A DNA stretch of 63,212 nt, filler included, from 10 parts of 10 records of this genome joined end to end with filler, not necessarily neighbours in it, one strand, 5' to 3'; shown: positions 24,723-38,084, counted from the whole stretch's first letter. Numbers and translations: made by a program. The notes: generated by a model not told the origin, from the letters alone.

Positions 24723-26590
24723 TTATGGCATTATGGTTTCGCACATGCTCAAGAATTCTATCAATGTCGGGTCATTCTGCGCCCATCGCTCAAACTCGTC
24801 GTACGAAACAAGGTTGTCCTAGACAGACAAAGGGGTGTGGGGGTGTGGGTGTGAGAGAGATGGGCAGAGTTGTTGACAATGACAAGTTCCATACGTGGTT
24901 CTCATCAGCTGACTCAAATGCCCGAGACACAAGCTGTTTGATCGCCTCGTCTGCAACGGATCTGTTGGTTGTATCACAAAGTCAGTTTTGCTCCAAAGCG
25001 ATATCTCCATACTCACCTCATGACAGGCTCCAGGTGCGGTTCTGACTTGGATTTAACTACATCACCGTCGGCGTTCCGTTGCTGCAGTGGGTGTGTGGGA
25101 GGGAGAGGCATCAGTGACTGAAGGTAAAACAAAGATGGGACCGTCACAAACCATGGGAAGATGGAAGGCACTTGAAATTGGGGAAGCCGCTTCGTCATCA
25201 AACGCCTCTGTGCAATTGGGTGGAGAGAAAGCCAGTTATTCATAGCGCGGCAACTTATGAGACTAAGTCCTACCCAGCAATCCATCCTCGACGGTTCTAG
25301 ATACCAAAGTCGCTAACTGGAAGCTAAGATTGAAGTAGGCTCTAAATATCGTCTCCATTTCCTCAAGGTTGATGTAACCGTCACCATCGAGATCGTAAGC
25401 TCGGAACGCGACTGCCGAAACTAAGTGAGTAAAACGAACAAATATTGAGGACTCCGAAACGTACAGAGAATTTTCTCTGTTTGTGACCCTTTGCACAGCA
25501 CGCTAAGACCTGCGAATGGGTCGTGTTACCGCCAATAGAAAAAGGAGGCGGGAGAGACAGCAAGTGTACAGGAATGAATTGAGATGAACTGATAATGGGC
25601 ACATGTGCCCCCTCCTGCATTCAGCAAACTCATGCTGTACCAAGAAAGAGAGGACTCACCAGAGACAAACTCAGCAAAGGAGATAATCCCGTTGTGGTCG
25701 GCATCGAAGAACTCAAAGACGCGGTCAGCCAGGGTGTTCTTCTCCAAACCGAGAGGGCCCAAACTAATATCAAACGTCTCTCGATCAATGCCCCTGGACA
25801 AAAACCCCATCAGAAAAATTCTTCGGATATCGGGAGGATACTCACGACTTGCTAATGCAGAGAGAACGATATTGATCAAACATAGCCTGCAACTCGACAG
25901 AGTCGACTAAAGCGACCAGTGTCAATGCGAAAGGGAAATTTAAGAGACAAAGGAAACAATTGTAAGGCATGGAACACCCAGTTTTGGGATAGTAACGCAT
26001 TCTAATCCAACATACAATGGGTACACTTTTCTAAACTCCGCAACTCGTTCTCCGATATATACGTGGAGAGTCGACCTGATGTTTTGTGTGGGGCCAAACT
26101 CACGTCAGAACTCCAGCTCACTGTCGATGACGGCACTAAAAGCAAGCACTTACCTGCGTATAGCACGGGTAACAAGGCCTTCTCAGTGTAGGCAAAGGGA
26201 GGAATCGGGATGTGTATCTTGAGCAGGAGGTGACGCCGATCATGGAGCCTATCCAAATTCTCTCGTGTCATGGCAAGGAAGGTGAGTTCTCGAGTGGGAC
26301 CTTACCGAGCATGATCTGGTTCGCAATCCCCACAAAGATCATAACTAATGCAGTTGGCACACTTGTATCGGATGCCAGTAATCGGAGTCTGTTTGCAGCC
26401 ATCACACGTGACCCCTCGGTGACGGTACGCCTCTGGTAGACGGACCGAGTAAGTGGGAGGGGAGTCGTCCACATGCAGCGAATTAGTCCCTACCGCGAAT
26501 GGGATTGGGGTGCTTTTGTTTCATCCACAGGTAAGTCCCAGCTATGCCCAGAATGGCGCCCAGACCCAAGGATGTCCATACTCCACTCAT
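24723..26590 (-). CDS. Protein with N-terminal membrane anchor, ZZ zinc finger and NCS/CBL-like EF-hands
   Basis: Spliced product: MSGVWTSLGLGAILGIAGTYLWMK; HRGVTCDGCKQTPITGIRYKCANCISYDLCGDCE; EF loops DADHNGIISFAE, DLDGDGYINLEE and DENHDNLVSYDE. Confidence 0.82.
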
Positions 26591-26683
26591 TGTCTTGGGA
26601 AGGAAGTCTGGGGTTAAAGAGGTCAAGTATGATAAGTATCAGAAGTCTGTATTTTGAGAATAACCCATCTGTCATTCACTTTG

Positions 26684-28058
26684 ATGCGGCTGCCAGAGGC
26701 GGTGCCGAGTTACCTGTCGGTGTGCTCCTGGGCCTACGTCGGAGTGCTCATTCGTCTCGCTCTCACCGACGCCTTTGAGGACCAGATGGATGTGGACTTC
26801 GTCGGAGGCTCTCTTCATCCCAATCTGATGGCCAATATTGTCGGGAGTTGGGTGATGGGGGTGCTAGGGAGCGTACCAGTACAAACTACAATGCAACAAA
26901 GGTATCCAACATTGCTGGTTGGATTGTCCACTGGCATGTGCGGGAGTATCACAACCTACTCATCTTGGAGTCAGTGGGCTAATCAGTCCCTTGTCAGTGG
27001 GATCAAGGAACCTCAAGAGGTGAGAGACTTTCGAGAACGCGTTGGCAAATGATGACTCAGGTTTGCATTTCTCTTTTTCCCTGGACTCCTCCTTCCATCT
27101 ATATGTCTCCTTCCCAAACACTTTTGCCCTCACACCAGAGCTCACAAGGCAGGGTCGTAGCTAATTGGCTGCTCTCTCTGTTTGTCGGGTATGTGACGGC
27201 ATATGCGTCTCTGGACGGAGGGTTGCACTGCGGCGAGTGGCTCATGAGCTGCACGAACCAAAGCGAGGGGACCATCAGTCGGGACCCAAGCAGTGAAGAG
27301 GATGCTAGCTACACAAGGTGGAGTGAGCAACGCGCTATGGTGCAACTTGTGCTCTGACCACCGTTTGACAGTTCGGATGAAGACGGCCGGGAGGAAGCCG
27401 GCCACTACAAGACCGTGAAAAGCAGTGGACAAACCCAACCTGCCGTCGAGGCCAGGAGTGCTTCCGTTGAGGAGAGAATCACGTTCGTGATGTTCGTAGT
27501 CCTCACAGCCCTGTGTTGGACGCTGGCATTTGTTCTGGAGACGAACGGTGGCGGGAAACGGTACGAATTCAAGTTTCGTTGTTTGTTTCGACCCTCTCAC
27601 AGATTGTGTTGCTGGGACTCACTCCTAGTGTCTGGTGGATTTCGGCATTATTTGCACCAATTGGAGCCCTTCTTCGGTTTGTCACCAGCCCCTTCAACAA
27701 GCAATTCCCAAACTTTCCTGTCGCGACATTTGGTGTGAACATCATTGCCTCTGCGCTTCTTGCTGGCTTGCTGTGGATGCAATCAGATACATCGTCAGAG
27801 GTTGGTGTCATCGTCCTTCTTCTCTCTTTCCACCTCTTGGGACTGTGACCTGACTTGTGATTCTAGAGCACATCGTTGGCAATCAGTGGAATCTCAGCTG
27901 GATTCTGCGGTTGCCTGTCAACTGTTTCTACGTTTGTGAACGAGACACGTGCCATGACAGGTCGTGAGGTATGGTTGGGCTATCGGTACGTCCTTGGAAC
28001 TCTCGTAGCGTCGCAAACACTGGGAGTCATAATCAACGGCAGCCGTTTCTTGAAGTGA
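26684..28058 (+). CDS. FEX: Fluoride export protein (two fused Fluc/CrcB domains)
   Basis: GVLIR..ANIVGS..GLSTGMCGSITTYSSW in the first domain; APIGALLRF..ATFGVNI..GFCGCLSTVSTFVNE in the second. Confidence 0.9.
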
Positions 28059-28072
28059 GTCTAGAAACGCAC

Positions 28073-28172
28073 NNNNNNNNNNNNNNNNNNNNNNNNNNNN
28101 NNNNNNNNNNNNNNNNTTAATTAATTAANNNNNNNNNNNNNNNNNNNNNNNNNNNNNNNNNNNNNNNNNNNN
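28073..28172. other. Artificial contig linker 5
   Basis: N44-TTAATTAATTAA-N44. Confidence 0.99.
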
Positions 28173-28270
28173 GGGAGAGGGAGAGGGAGAGGGTGAGGGA
28201 GAAACCAGACGAGAAGGGCATGGGGTGGGGGAAACGTGTAGGCTGTTTGCGTGTGGAGAGTGCAACTCAC

Positions 28271-29649
28271 TCGAAGAACACAGAAACTGTGACGACGGTG
28301 AAGACGGAGGACACAGCCAAGCCAGTGGCCCACCACTTTGTGGGGACTTGTCCTTCCTCAGGTACTGGATCTACCACTGTGGACTTGGAGGGCATCACCA
28401 GGGCGTGGAATATTTGTTTGTACATGAGCAAAAATGAGACGCATTGCTCAGAGACCATCATCGCCACACCAGTCCACAACAACCAGAACTGTCGGAATAA
28501 CATGACAAAGAATGAGTGACGGATGTAGCTAGATATGCAATGTCCTTGACAAACTAGGCGGTGGGTACAAGGGGGAGGAACAGGCGGTCCCAGCACGGCG
28601 TCCACAGCGCTTACCTTCGCAGAAGGGTGCGCAATGGCTTCAGGTACCGATCCATCGTCCACTTCCGGACCGTCATAGTGATAGATGGAGTCCACCCATC
28701 CCAAGTGATACACTACAGGCCCCAGTATTCCCCACGCAATGACTGTGCCGACCAGAAAGCTTCCGGTGACTTTAAACCCCATGAGCATACCTCCCCCGAT
28801 GAAGGCAGGCGAGAGAGACAACTCCCAGCCCCACTTGTGGATCGTGGGTAAGCCCATCATGTACATGAGGGGGATGTCAACCAAGAAGGGGAGAAAGTAG
28901 TTGACAAACTGGTAGATGGAGGTGGCGAGGAAGGTTTGACCGAGGCACATCGCCTTCCTCATGGAGTCACTTTCACCAGACTTGGACGCGTGCATCGAAG
29001 TGATCGTCTCTGCCGTCGCAGTGCCACTGGGAAAGGTCAAATTTTGTCCTAGAATGGCGTGTCTTCTGAGTGGTATGGCGAAGAACAGACCATAGTATGC
29101 CGAACACAGCGTCCATAAAGTCAGGCTGAAGTAGTCAAACTCCTTTCCCAGAAGTGCCATCGCAGGAATGGCGGACACAAAACCGCTGCTGAGACCTCCT
29201 GCGGCAGCACCGGCAGTCTGGAGGGTGCAGTTCTCCTTTGGCCCAAAGTTGGAATGCTTGCCCCCAATGGCCTGGACGATGGAGTAACCAAGTATTGCGG
29301 AGAACAAGCTCGCACCGAAACCCCAGCCGATTCTGAGGCCAAAATAGATGTTGCTGCACGTGATTACAGATCCTACCAGTCCACCGACTAAGAGAGACCT
29401 CCACGTGAACTGAGGCTCAGAGCCTATTGCGTGGATGTCAACCCCATCGAATGCCACTACGTTTGAACTGGAATTGCCCGAGGTCGGGAGGAGCGACAAG
29501 TCGTCACCTCCGCACAGGGAGCACCTCTTGTGTGGTTGGGGTCCATGAATGGGGCACACGTAAGGTTGGTCAGGACTGGTCTCTCCCCTGGAGAGGTGGG
29601 GACTTCCAGAGACTTCCCTCTTTAGAGTGTTTCCCGAACTCTCATCCAT
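28271..29649 (-). CDS. OPT/YSL-family oligopeptide or metal-chelate transporter (3' partial)
   Basis: QFTWRSLLVGGLVG..NIYFGLRIGW, FGPKENCTLQT and LTFPSGTATAETI motifs; intron at 28614-28489. Confidence 0.9.
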
Positions 29650-29833
29650 GGGTTCAAATACTGTAAGACGTTACACGTAACGACACTGTAGAGTTGGCCG
29701 AAGAATTCAGACTTTCTGAAACTCAATTGCCCATCAGTGCACTCATTTCGTGCTTGGCGGATTCTTGTTGGCTGCCTCTGTTTTGAGTGACTACGATAGG
29801 ACAAATCTACTGCGCTCTTGTGACGTCGTTGCC

Positions 29834-31906
29834 ATGCCCTGGGATATAACTGTGCTGAACGAGCGCGTGTGCTCTGTGGTGATCAACTCCCACCCTGTCA
29901 ACATCATCAATCATGGTCTGTACTCACTTCGCACCATCGCCCATGCATCATGTTCGGCGAGACTGGCAATTCTTCGGAGAGAGCTGACGTTACCCCTCAC
30001 ACAGCCTTCTTGGACGACATGGAAGAAGCCTTAGACAAAATTGAAGCTCTTGATGGCATTGGCGTCGTGTTCACAGGAACGGGGAGTACCTTCAGTGCTG
30101 GTTTAGATCTCAGATCCGTCTTCAAAACTCCGGAAATTAGCCAAGTGTTTGTTCGAAGGTAATGCCGCTCGCAATGCTCCTTACTAACCAACCCCAACGC
30201 ACAATCGCCATATTCATAGGGTTACTTAGGACATGAATGCGGGCTACCTCGTCCTCACGCATTCCCACTCACCCTCGCTGTCTCGCCGAACCAGTACTGA
30301 TCTCCCGCATGTGTAGATTTGAAGTGAACATGTTGCGGCTGCAAAGACTACCGCGAGTGACCGTTGCCGCTCTCAATGGACACACCATTGCAGGTGGATG
30401 TTGCTTTGCGCTGGCTTGTGATGTGCGGATCATGGTAGATAACCCATCCTTCAAGATTGGCGTGGACGAGGTGAGTGTCGTGCTCTTGGGTCTGTCTCAA
30501 TCGTTACATCCACTAACCCAACGTGCACCATCTACGATATCCTCTGCGCCAGGTCATGAACGGCGTAGGTTTGCCTCGCATCACAAAGGACTTGTTGACG
30601 TACGCAACGTCCCTACCGACAGCTCGCCGCCTCCTCATGTTCGGAGAGTTGGTATCTCCCAAGCAGGCGCTGGAGCTCAACCTCGTGCAGCAGCTGGTGG
30701 GCAAGTCAGAACTGATGACCGCAGCTTGCAGGTGAGTGGTACACGCACATGCGGTGTCTTAGTCGTGATGAACATCTAACTGACCACTTCCGCAACCACC
30801 ACCGCAACACTACAGAGCTGCCAGTCGGATCCCCCTCGAGTGTAGGTCAGCTTTCATCAACCACAAGCGGTACATCCTTGGACTGGAGCCTCCGCACAAC
30901 GACGTCACGGCCTACACAGATTTCAGTGCAGCGACATTCACAGACGAAACCCTCCACCGCCTCCGACTTGCCCAGGATTTCTTGGCTCTTCGTTCAAAGA
31001 AGGAGATTGTTTTGGAAGGTGAGTGTTTTGGTGTATCAAGCCGCGATTTTCCCACACTACCTCTAAATCCGATACCCTCCCACGTACATCTACCGTCATG
31101 GCTGGAACAGAGGACGGTGAGCTTCGATACGAAGTGTTGCTGCCTCACCATGCAGAGGAGACTGTGATGTGTGTCAACGATGTGTGGCTACAAGACGCAC
31201 ACATATTCACCACGTTAGGAGTCACCTTCGAAGAGTTTTGTCCCATTGTTGTTCAACGCGTGGCTCTGGCTGCTCGCGTTGGCTGTTCTGTCGTAATTAC
31301 GCGGCAGAAAGACGCATCTCGCTCAATGGAAAAGAACCCGAGGGAGGTCATTGGATTCTTCCTCGTGGAAGACTTTGCTGAGCCGTTGCCTGTGAAGACG
31401 CTCTTCCCAAAGTTGTCTCCGGCGATGGACGCGCAGCTGTCCTTCATGGATCTTCTTGATGGAATGTATATTGAAAAGCGTGGGATGTGTAGCCCAGGAC
31501 AGGTGAGTTGATGATGTGAGATGTCGATGCTTCTGCTGTGCCGTGCTCATTCACCAACTGACTCATTGGAAAGGTCGCACATGGCGTGTATGGAGGGGTG
31601 AGGAAGGCGTACAGAGGAAGAGCTGTGGGGATGAAGCTCACCTCTTGGATGACTGAGCAAGTGAAACGAAAAGGCTATGAACGGTTTGTCTCAGAGGCGG
31701 TGGCAGTTGGTTCCCAGACGATCTCGCATGCGCTCAAACACACTCCCGTGGTCCAACTCCCCTTCTCCGACTTCATGTACAAGGGTAAGCCGGTGCTGCA
31801 GAGCATAACCTCACCAGGGCAGGCCATCGTGTTTGAGAAGCATTGGCCACTGGCCGAGCGCCTGGAGCAGTCGCGGTTGATTAGGCAACAACAGTCAAAG
31901 CTTTGA
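29834..31906 (+). CDS. Enoyl-CoA isomerase (crotonase fold)-GNAT fusion with C-terminal PTS1 (SKL), 498 aa model
   Basis: Exons 29834-29915, 30005-30158, 30317-30470, 30553-30731, 30816-31018, 31111-31502 and 31574-31906 stay in frame. Crotonase motifs FSAGLDL, NGHTIAGGCCFALACDVRI and KIGVDE; GNAT motif A GVRKAYRGRAVG; ends QSKL*. Confidence 0.75.
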
Positions 31907-31995
31907 ACCAAAGTGACGTTTAATGTTTTGTTAATAGGTCGAATTATGTTTCAAGTAAACAATGCTTTGTAATTGTCAGCACGTCATGGTGCGGA

Positions 31996-34900
31996 TCACA
32001 ATTTCCCTGCACTCTTCAGCTTCTCGTAGGCGCCCTTCTCAGCAGCGCTTCCGAACACAGCCATCGGCACCGACTTCTCTTCCACTTGAACGTCTATGAA
32101 GACAAGAGTGAGTTCAAAACCAAACAACATCAGGTGAAGCTAATTTACCTTCGCCGCCGTTTGCAGCACTACCACCCGCCTTCTCCATCTCCTCGTCCGG
32201 CAATTCCGCCTCTAATGCGGCCATCGTGTCCTCTCTCTTCCTCTTCAGTGTAGCACCGGCTGTGCCGTCCAAAGTAGTTGCGGCCTGGTTGAGCTTGGCG
32301 CTGTTGTCAATCGAGTTGTAGTTGGTTTGGCCAAACTGAGCCTGGATAGATCGCTTCACGCGGAACATTTCTCTGAAAGTGTCTTCGTTGCCATGAGCAA
32401 CCTCAAAGTCGTGCCAAATTTGCCAGAAATCGGCGTCCCTCTTGGGGTCACACACTTGGCTTCCGTGGCCGTAGATGGCACGGGCACGATCCACCTCTCC
32501 GAGCTTGCGCTCCAATTCGGCATATTTGAGGCACATGAGTTTGGCACCGGCGTCGTCCAGGTTCTCAATAGCCTTCTCGTAGATCTCACGAGTTTTGGTA
32601 ACACCGAAGAGCTCTGAGGCTCGCAGAACGTAAATCTTGAAGATCTGCAACTTTTCGGTGGCCTCCACTTGACGGGTGGCGCGGTCGTAGATCTGCATCG
32701 CGTGGCGGGCCAGACCGTGCTTTTCCTCATACTCGGCGTACATGAGGAAGAACACCTTCGACTCCTTGGCTGGCACCTTCTCCAGCACCTGCTCGAACAT
32801 CTCACGCGCCCTCTCAACCTTCTTCCCTCCCTACAAAAAGGCAGAAACAAACCACCAGTGACACGAGCAACAGAGAAATAAACAGAGAAGCAAACGAAAG
32901 TTAGTACCGCGGAAGATGAAGCGATTGCTCAATGGAACACTACGAGTACGTACGTAACGATCGATAAACTTTCTGATGTATTGCACCCAAAGGTCCATGG
33001 CGTGCGGAAAGTTGAACAAGTTGACTCCCTTCTCGTAGACTTTGAACGCATCTTCAAAATATTTCTTCTCTTCTAACATGGCGGCATAGTTGAGGATCAC
33101 CTGCGGTGTGGCAACACGAAGGTCGAGGATCTTATCGTACACGGCGCGTGTGGACTCAAGGGTACCTGCAGCAGGGTGACGAAAGGGGATGGACATGGAA
33201 CACCGTTAACTTTGACCCGGACATGAGGGTGTCTGTTGTCACCATACCTAAACTCTCTTCCAAGTCCGCATAAAGGGACCACAACTTAATGGATTTGTGC
33301 ACACGGAGTTGGACCGGGTCTTCGTCAGTGACTCTTCTCTTCACCGGGACCTTTGTGGCTTTCCTCATAACGTCCAGCGCTAATGAGTAGTTCCTAAACA
33401 ATCGCGGAGTTACAAATGGAACACCCGAAGACGGGGGACAACAAATTTCTTACTTGTGACGGACTTCCATCTCCGCATATTCACACCAAATGGATGCCAA
33501 ACCGTCAACGTTCTTCATCGGAGATTCAGCTGCCTTCTCAAAGATGACTCTCGCGTTGTCGAGGTCGTCATGAGTCTCGTACACCTTCGCAAAGGCAATC
33601 CACAAAGTGTGTGGCTTTCCGACTGCTTTGACAGGATCGACGCATTTCACAGCTTCAGTGTAGGTCAAGATTTGCTACAGTAACAAGAAGAACAAAAGAA
33701 ACACGCGTTAGCCACTGGTGGGGGATGTCTGTTCCAATCCGTCTCTCAAATGCCATACCTTCTCGGGAGACTCCAGGATTCGGGCGCGCTTGTGCCACTC
33801 GTGGACGTTGTGAGGGTTCTGCCTCAACACGACGGAGTTCAATAGCAATGGGCGGCGCTCCATGAGGTGTTCCAGACGAGCCAAACGAAGATCCACATCG
33901 TTGTAGTCTTCACTCCATAAGGCGTCGTCATCGTCGTCATCGTTGGGATCCGCCTCCATTCTGGCGGTGATAAGGTTCTCTTCGAACGCCGAGTACGCGT
34001 CGAAGATCAAACTGAAATCCCTCACGGTGGATACCGCGGCAATGCCTTCCTCGTACACATCTCGAGCCTTCTCGAACTGCGCGAGTCGGATAAAAAAGTC
34101 TGCGAGTGCGCACCAAAGCCGCCCAGTTTCCTCTTCGAACTTCTCAATACCAGACCGAAGAACATCCTCGACGTTCAGCGCTTCAACTTTTTCAGGGTAT
34201 TTACAAATGAGGTCACACAATTCGAGCCACAATTGATGTTGGGACTTTCCATAGGCAGACTTGAAATTGTCATCGTTCACTACATTCGCCAACTGCTGCG
34301 AGGCCTCATCTATTCTCTCGTGCTTGATCAAAAACTCAATGTATTTCTCCACTTGAGTTGGTTCAAGCTAAAGCAAATCGTCCAAGTTAATTCCGACGTC
34401 AAAAAGCAGAAGTTTGGCAAGACGCAAGCTCAAACTCACCTTCACGTAGCGACGGTACACACGCAGTGCGGTTTCGACGGGGATGAACTCCTGTTGGATG
34501 AAACCGATGTATAGAGGCCAAAGCAAGCTGTGCTGGGTGACTGGAAGGGACTGGAGTGCACGGTCAAAGGCTTTGCGGCACTTTGTCACGTATCGCTGAG
34601 CAGTGAGGTGCTGGAGGTACTCAATCCAGATGCGGGGCATCTACGAGTGTACAAGACAGGAGCACACGCGTGAGAAATTTGAAATTGCCGACCTGTCACA
34701 CCACCCCCAGACTCTACCAGAGATGCCCAATACCATACCTTGTGCATGAACACTAGCGCCCTTTCAAATGTGTTGTTTAGATTCTCATAGGCTGGCTCTA
34801 AGGGGGACTTGTTGGACACGGCTGTGCGTCGCTCTCTCAAATAGCTAAACCACAACTTGTAGCTTCCAGGGAGGTGCTTCAAAGCACGCTCGTACAGAAT

Positions 34901-35176
34901 GTACCGCTCTCTCTCGGGAGCCCCGGCTTTGTAGTCGAGGTAGCGAAGCCAGTTCTTGAGCCTGTAGGCGTCTTGAATGACTTGCTCTTCGAATTTGATG
35001 TCCTCATCGGACTGGAATCGGCAAAGGACAAAAGAGGGGACGAGAGGAGAGGAAAGGTGTAAAGGAAAAGAAACGTGTTAGCCACTCGCTCACGCGGCGA
35101 AACCCGCTCATATCATGCCAATGACGGAGGTGTGTGGATGGCGTACCAAAGCAAGGGTGACTTGAGTCTGCACCAT
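31996..35176 (-). CDS. SYF1: Pre-mRNA splicing factor SYF1/XAB2 (HAT repeats), multi-exon
   Basis: YERALKHLPGSYKLW, LLNSVVLRQNPHNVHEW, AELERKLGEVDRARAIY, FEVAHGNEDTFREM. Confidence 0.96.
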
Positions 35177-35330
35177 TGTCGCTTTCTCCAGGTGGTGTTT
35201 CAGGGAATTTTCTGTAACATTATATATTTATTATATTGTGTGTAACGTTATGCGTGTAACGATGAATTTCTGGTGATGACTTGGGAGAATTTATGCTTCA
35301 CGAGAGAATCCGAAAAGGAAGACCTCAATG

Positions 35331-37089
35331 TCAACAACTTGTTTTGGTACAACTCATTTGCTATAACAGAGGCTGTATTTGCACAGATGATGGGAACGGA
35401 CACCGCAGCGTCCATTTTGCTTCAATATCCTCACCCACACCACACTCACACTCACGACTGTTTGGTGAGCGAAAGGCAGAGGACCGACATGTCCAAAACA
35501 TGGGACGAATACTTCAGTGAAAAAGCTGGCTTGTCTGAATGCGACTACTGCAAGAAAAGGAAATACTTCAACGTTGAAGCGCTCTCTTCCTCACTCAACT
35601 ACCATTTTCCCTCCTCATTTCGTTGTACAGGTTGTGCAACACAGTCACTTTGGTGTCCAACTTGTCAATCTTCTTGGACAAAGACTCCTCAAGCAATTGG
35701 AATTGATTCTTCATCACTGAGTTGAGCATCACTCCCACTTGCTCAAAGTTGTAATTAACAGTTTCTGTAACAGAGTGACCCTCCCACTCAGGGGGACATC
35801 CCAGCATAGAATCCTAACAGGGCGCAACACTCAGACAAGGCCCGAAACATGTCGATCTGTTCCTACCTTTAGCCTATCTTCTGACTCCAGTTTACGCTGT
35901 CGGATACCATGCTTATCGCTACTTCCTGTCCCAACGACCTCGAAATGCTGCAAGCAAACCACAGTGAGCACATAACGCACACGCCTACAAGCAACACACC
36001 TTCACGGAAGGGCCCAACTCGTTCTTGAGGTTCCTGATGCGCCTGGTGATCCTGTGTGGGTGTGATTGGAATCGTCAATCTCAACGAGAAGACCAAACTT
36101 CCAGCAAGCGATGACCGAATCTTGTGAGCGATCCGACTTACTTGTCGGACTTGTTGTCGAGTCTGTGGGTCTCCTTTTGAACTGTGTCTTTCACATCAGA
36201 CAACCCCTTCTGGACAGCCCAGATCTGGGAGTGGTGGCGGTGAGAGGGATGAACGAGGAAGCTGAGGTCAAGAGAACATCAAACCTCAGGCAACATCTTT
36301 GTGGTGGCCGCCGTTTGAGCGATAGACTCGACGTGTTGGGTGAAACCGCCGCCATGTACAAAGTCAGAGTGGTTTTGAATCTGGACGTAGAGTGAGCGAG
36401 TGAAGTTCTTCAATTCCTAAGGGATGATGCGCATGAGTCAGAACACACTCCCACAACTGAGATTGTATATGGGGCAGACCTCCACTTCCTTCCTTTCTTG
36501 ATCCCTCTCTGCAAACAGCTGTGCGAGCATGCATTGCATCTCGACCTGTTTTGCCTTGGTGGTGGTGGCGGCTTGTAGTGACACATGCAAAGGGCTTTGG
36601 TGATGAAGCTCCCTCAATCTCTCGGACTCTTCGAATGTCAATGAGCCGAACTGTACCCATTCCGCCGCATCTTTTCCCACTTGCACTCCGTCAAGCTCAG
36701 GCTGCGACCCCAACCGACGTACTCTGGCGGCTCTGATGTCAGCCTCAGCACCTGGTGTGTAACAGGCTTCATCACTCTTCTCACGGCTGCAGATATCCCC
36801 GGCTTTCTTTGCAGTGGTAGGTGCATTGTTCTTGGCGGTTGGTGGAGGATTGGTGAAAGGGTAGCGAGGGCCACTGACAATATCAGTAGCTGACCACCAG
36901 ACATCACCCTCGCTGGCATCTGGACCTGCCGATTGTGAATGCGATGACAAGCGAATGCAGACTGAGAGTACCTTTAGCTCCTCCAAGGACCACAGTCGTA
37001 TTGTTCGAGTTGATCATTGCCCCATCATTCGCCGCCTGATTACCACCACTGGCAGTGGTAGTGGTCGTGGGAGGAACGCCGCCATCCAT
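35331..37089 (-). CDS. Uncharacterised multi-exon protein with coiled-coil segments
   Basis: A chain of GT-AG-bounded exons runs from MDGGVPPTTTTT to ..LLEESLSKKIDKLDTKVTVLHNLYNEMRREN. No family recognised; 3' end uncertain. Confidence 0.55.
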
Positions 37090-37159
37090 TTGGAATGTGC
37101 TGTCCAAACACAAGATTGGGAAAAGTTACACACGTGGCCAGTCCAAAAGGTCGGTCGCC

Positions 37160-38084
37160 ATGGGTGACTTGTTGGTCGCAGCCTTACCGGTAGAGGGAGG
37201 GGAAGGTGGAGGAGCTGCATTGGATGGACCACCTCTAGATGGATTAGACTATTTGAGGAGAGTGAGGTAGGCCATTTCATCTTCATTTTGTCGCTGCTGC
37301 TGAGGCTGTCGCGGGTTAGAATGGAGGCAACACAATGTCCAGACATAGTGGTGGCCAAGGTGCAGCAAAGCGACTTTGACCACAAAAAGACATCTTATGG
37401 CCCGAAGCAAATGACTGTACCAGAGTGTTCACCTGACTGTTTGCCTCCTCCGAAATGGAGAGAGAGGTTTGTGAGCCGCTTCCTCTCCCTGCGCGATGTG
37501 AGTTAACCAAACACCAAACATACCGAACTGGTTCTGATGTATCTCTCAGTATGTTAGAAAAGCAGCTGAAAGCAACTTGGGGAGGATTGAGGTGAAGTCA
37601 TCGGCGTCTGACACGAAGTGGCGACACTTCCTCTACGGTGGTGAGAACAAACCGTGGTTGTCCTTGGTCGCCTCTTTGGACGAGGTAAGTACACCCTGTC
37701 GAGAAGTCCTCCTTGTGAACCATTTTCATTTCGAAGGTGATGTGCACCAAGCTTCTCGAATGTCACCTCAGTTGGCTAAGAGAAACGCAGCAACCACTCC
37801 TCCTGGACTCCGCCTCCATGTTGTGGATCTTCGCTGTTCTGTCAAGACTCGATGACGTTCTCCCTGCGGACGACGTGGCCAATCTCAGGGCTCTTTCTCG
37901 GCTATTGCATGAGGAAAGAGCCAAGTGTCAGCTGGTAAGTGCAACAAATTGACGCACGCTCGCACCATTTGCGACCTTTTGAGTTGACACCAGTGTTGTC
38001 ACACAGCCCACAGATGCAGAGTTTGTCAGTGAACTGAACTGTTTGATAGTCATAATTTCTGACGTGTTTGGGCAGCCCTTGTGA
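37160..38084 (+). CDS. GEMIN2: Gemin2/SIP1 (SMN complex)
   Basis: GPPLDGLDYLRRVR/MEATQCPDIVVA, WIFAVLSRLDDVLPADDVANLRAL, LNCLIVIISDVFGQ. Confidence 0.88.
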
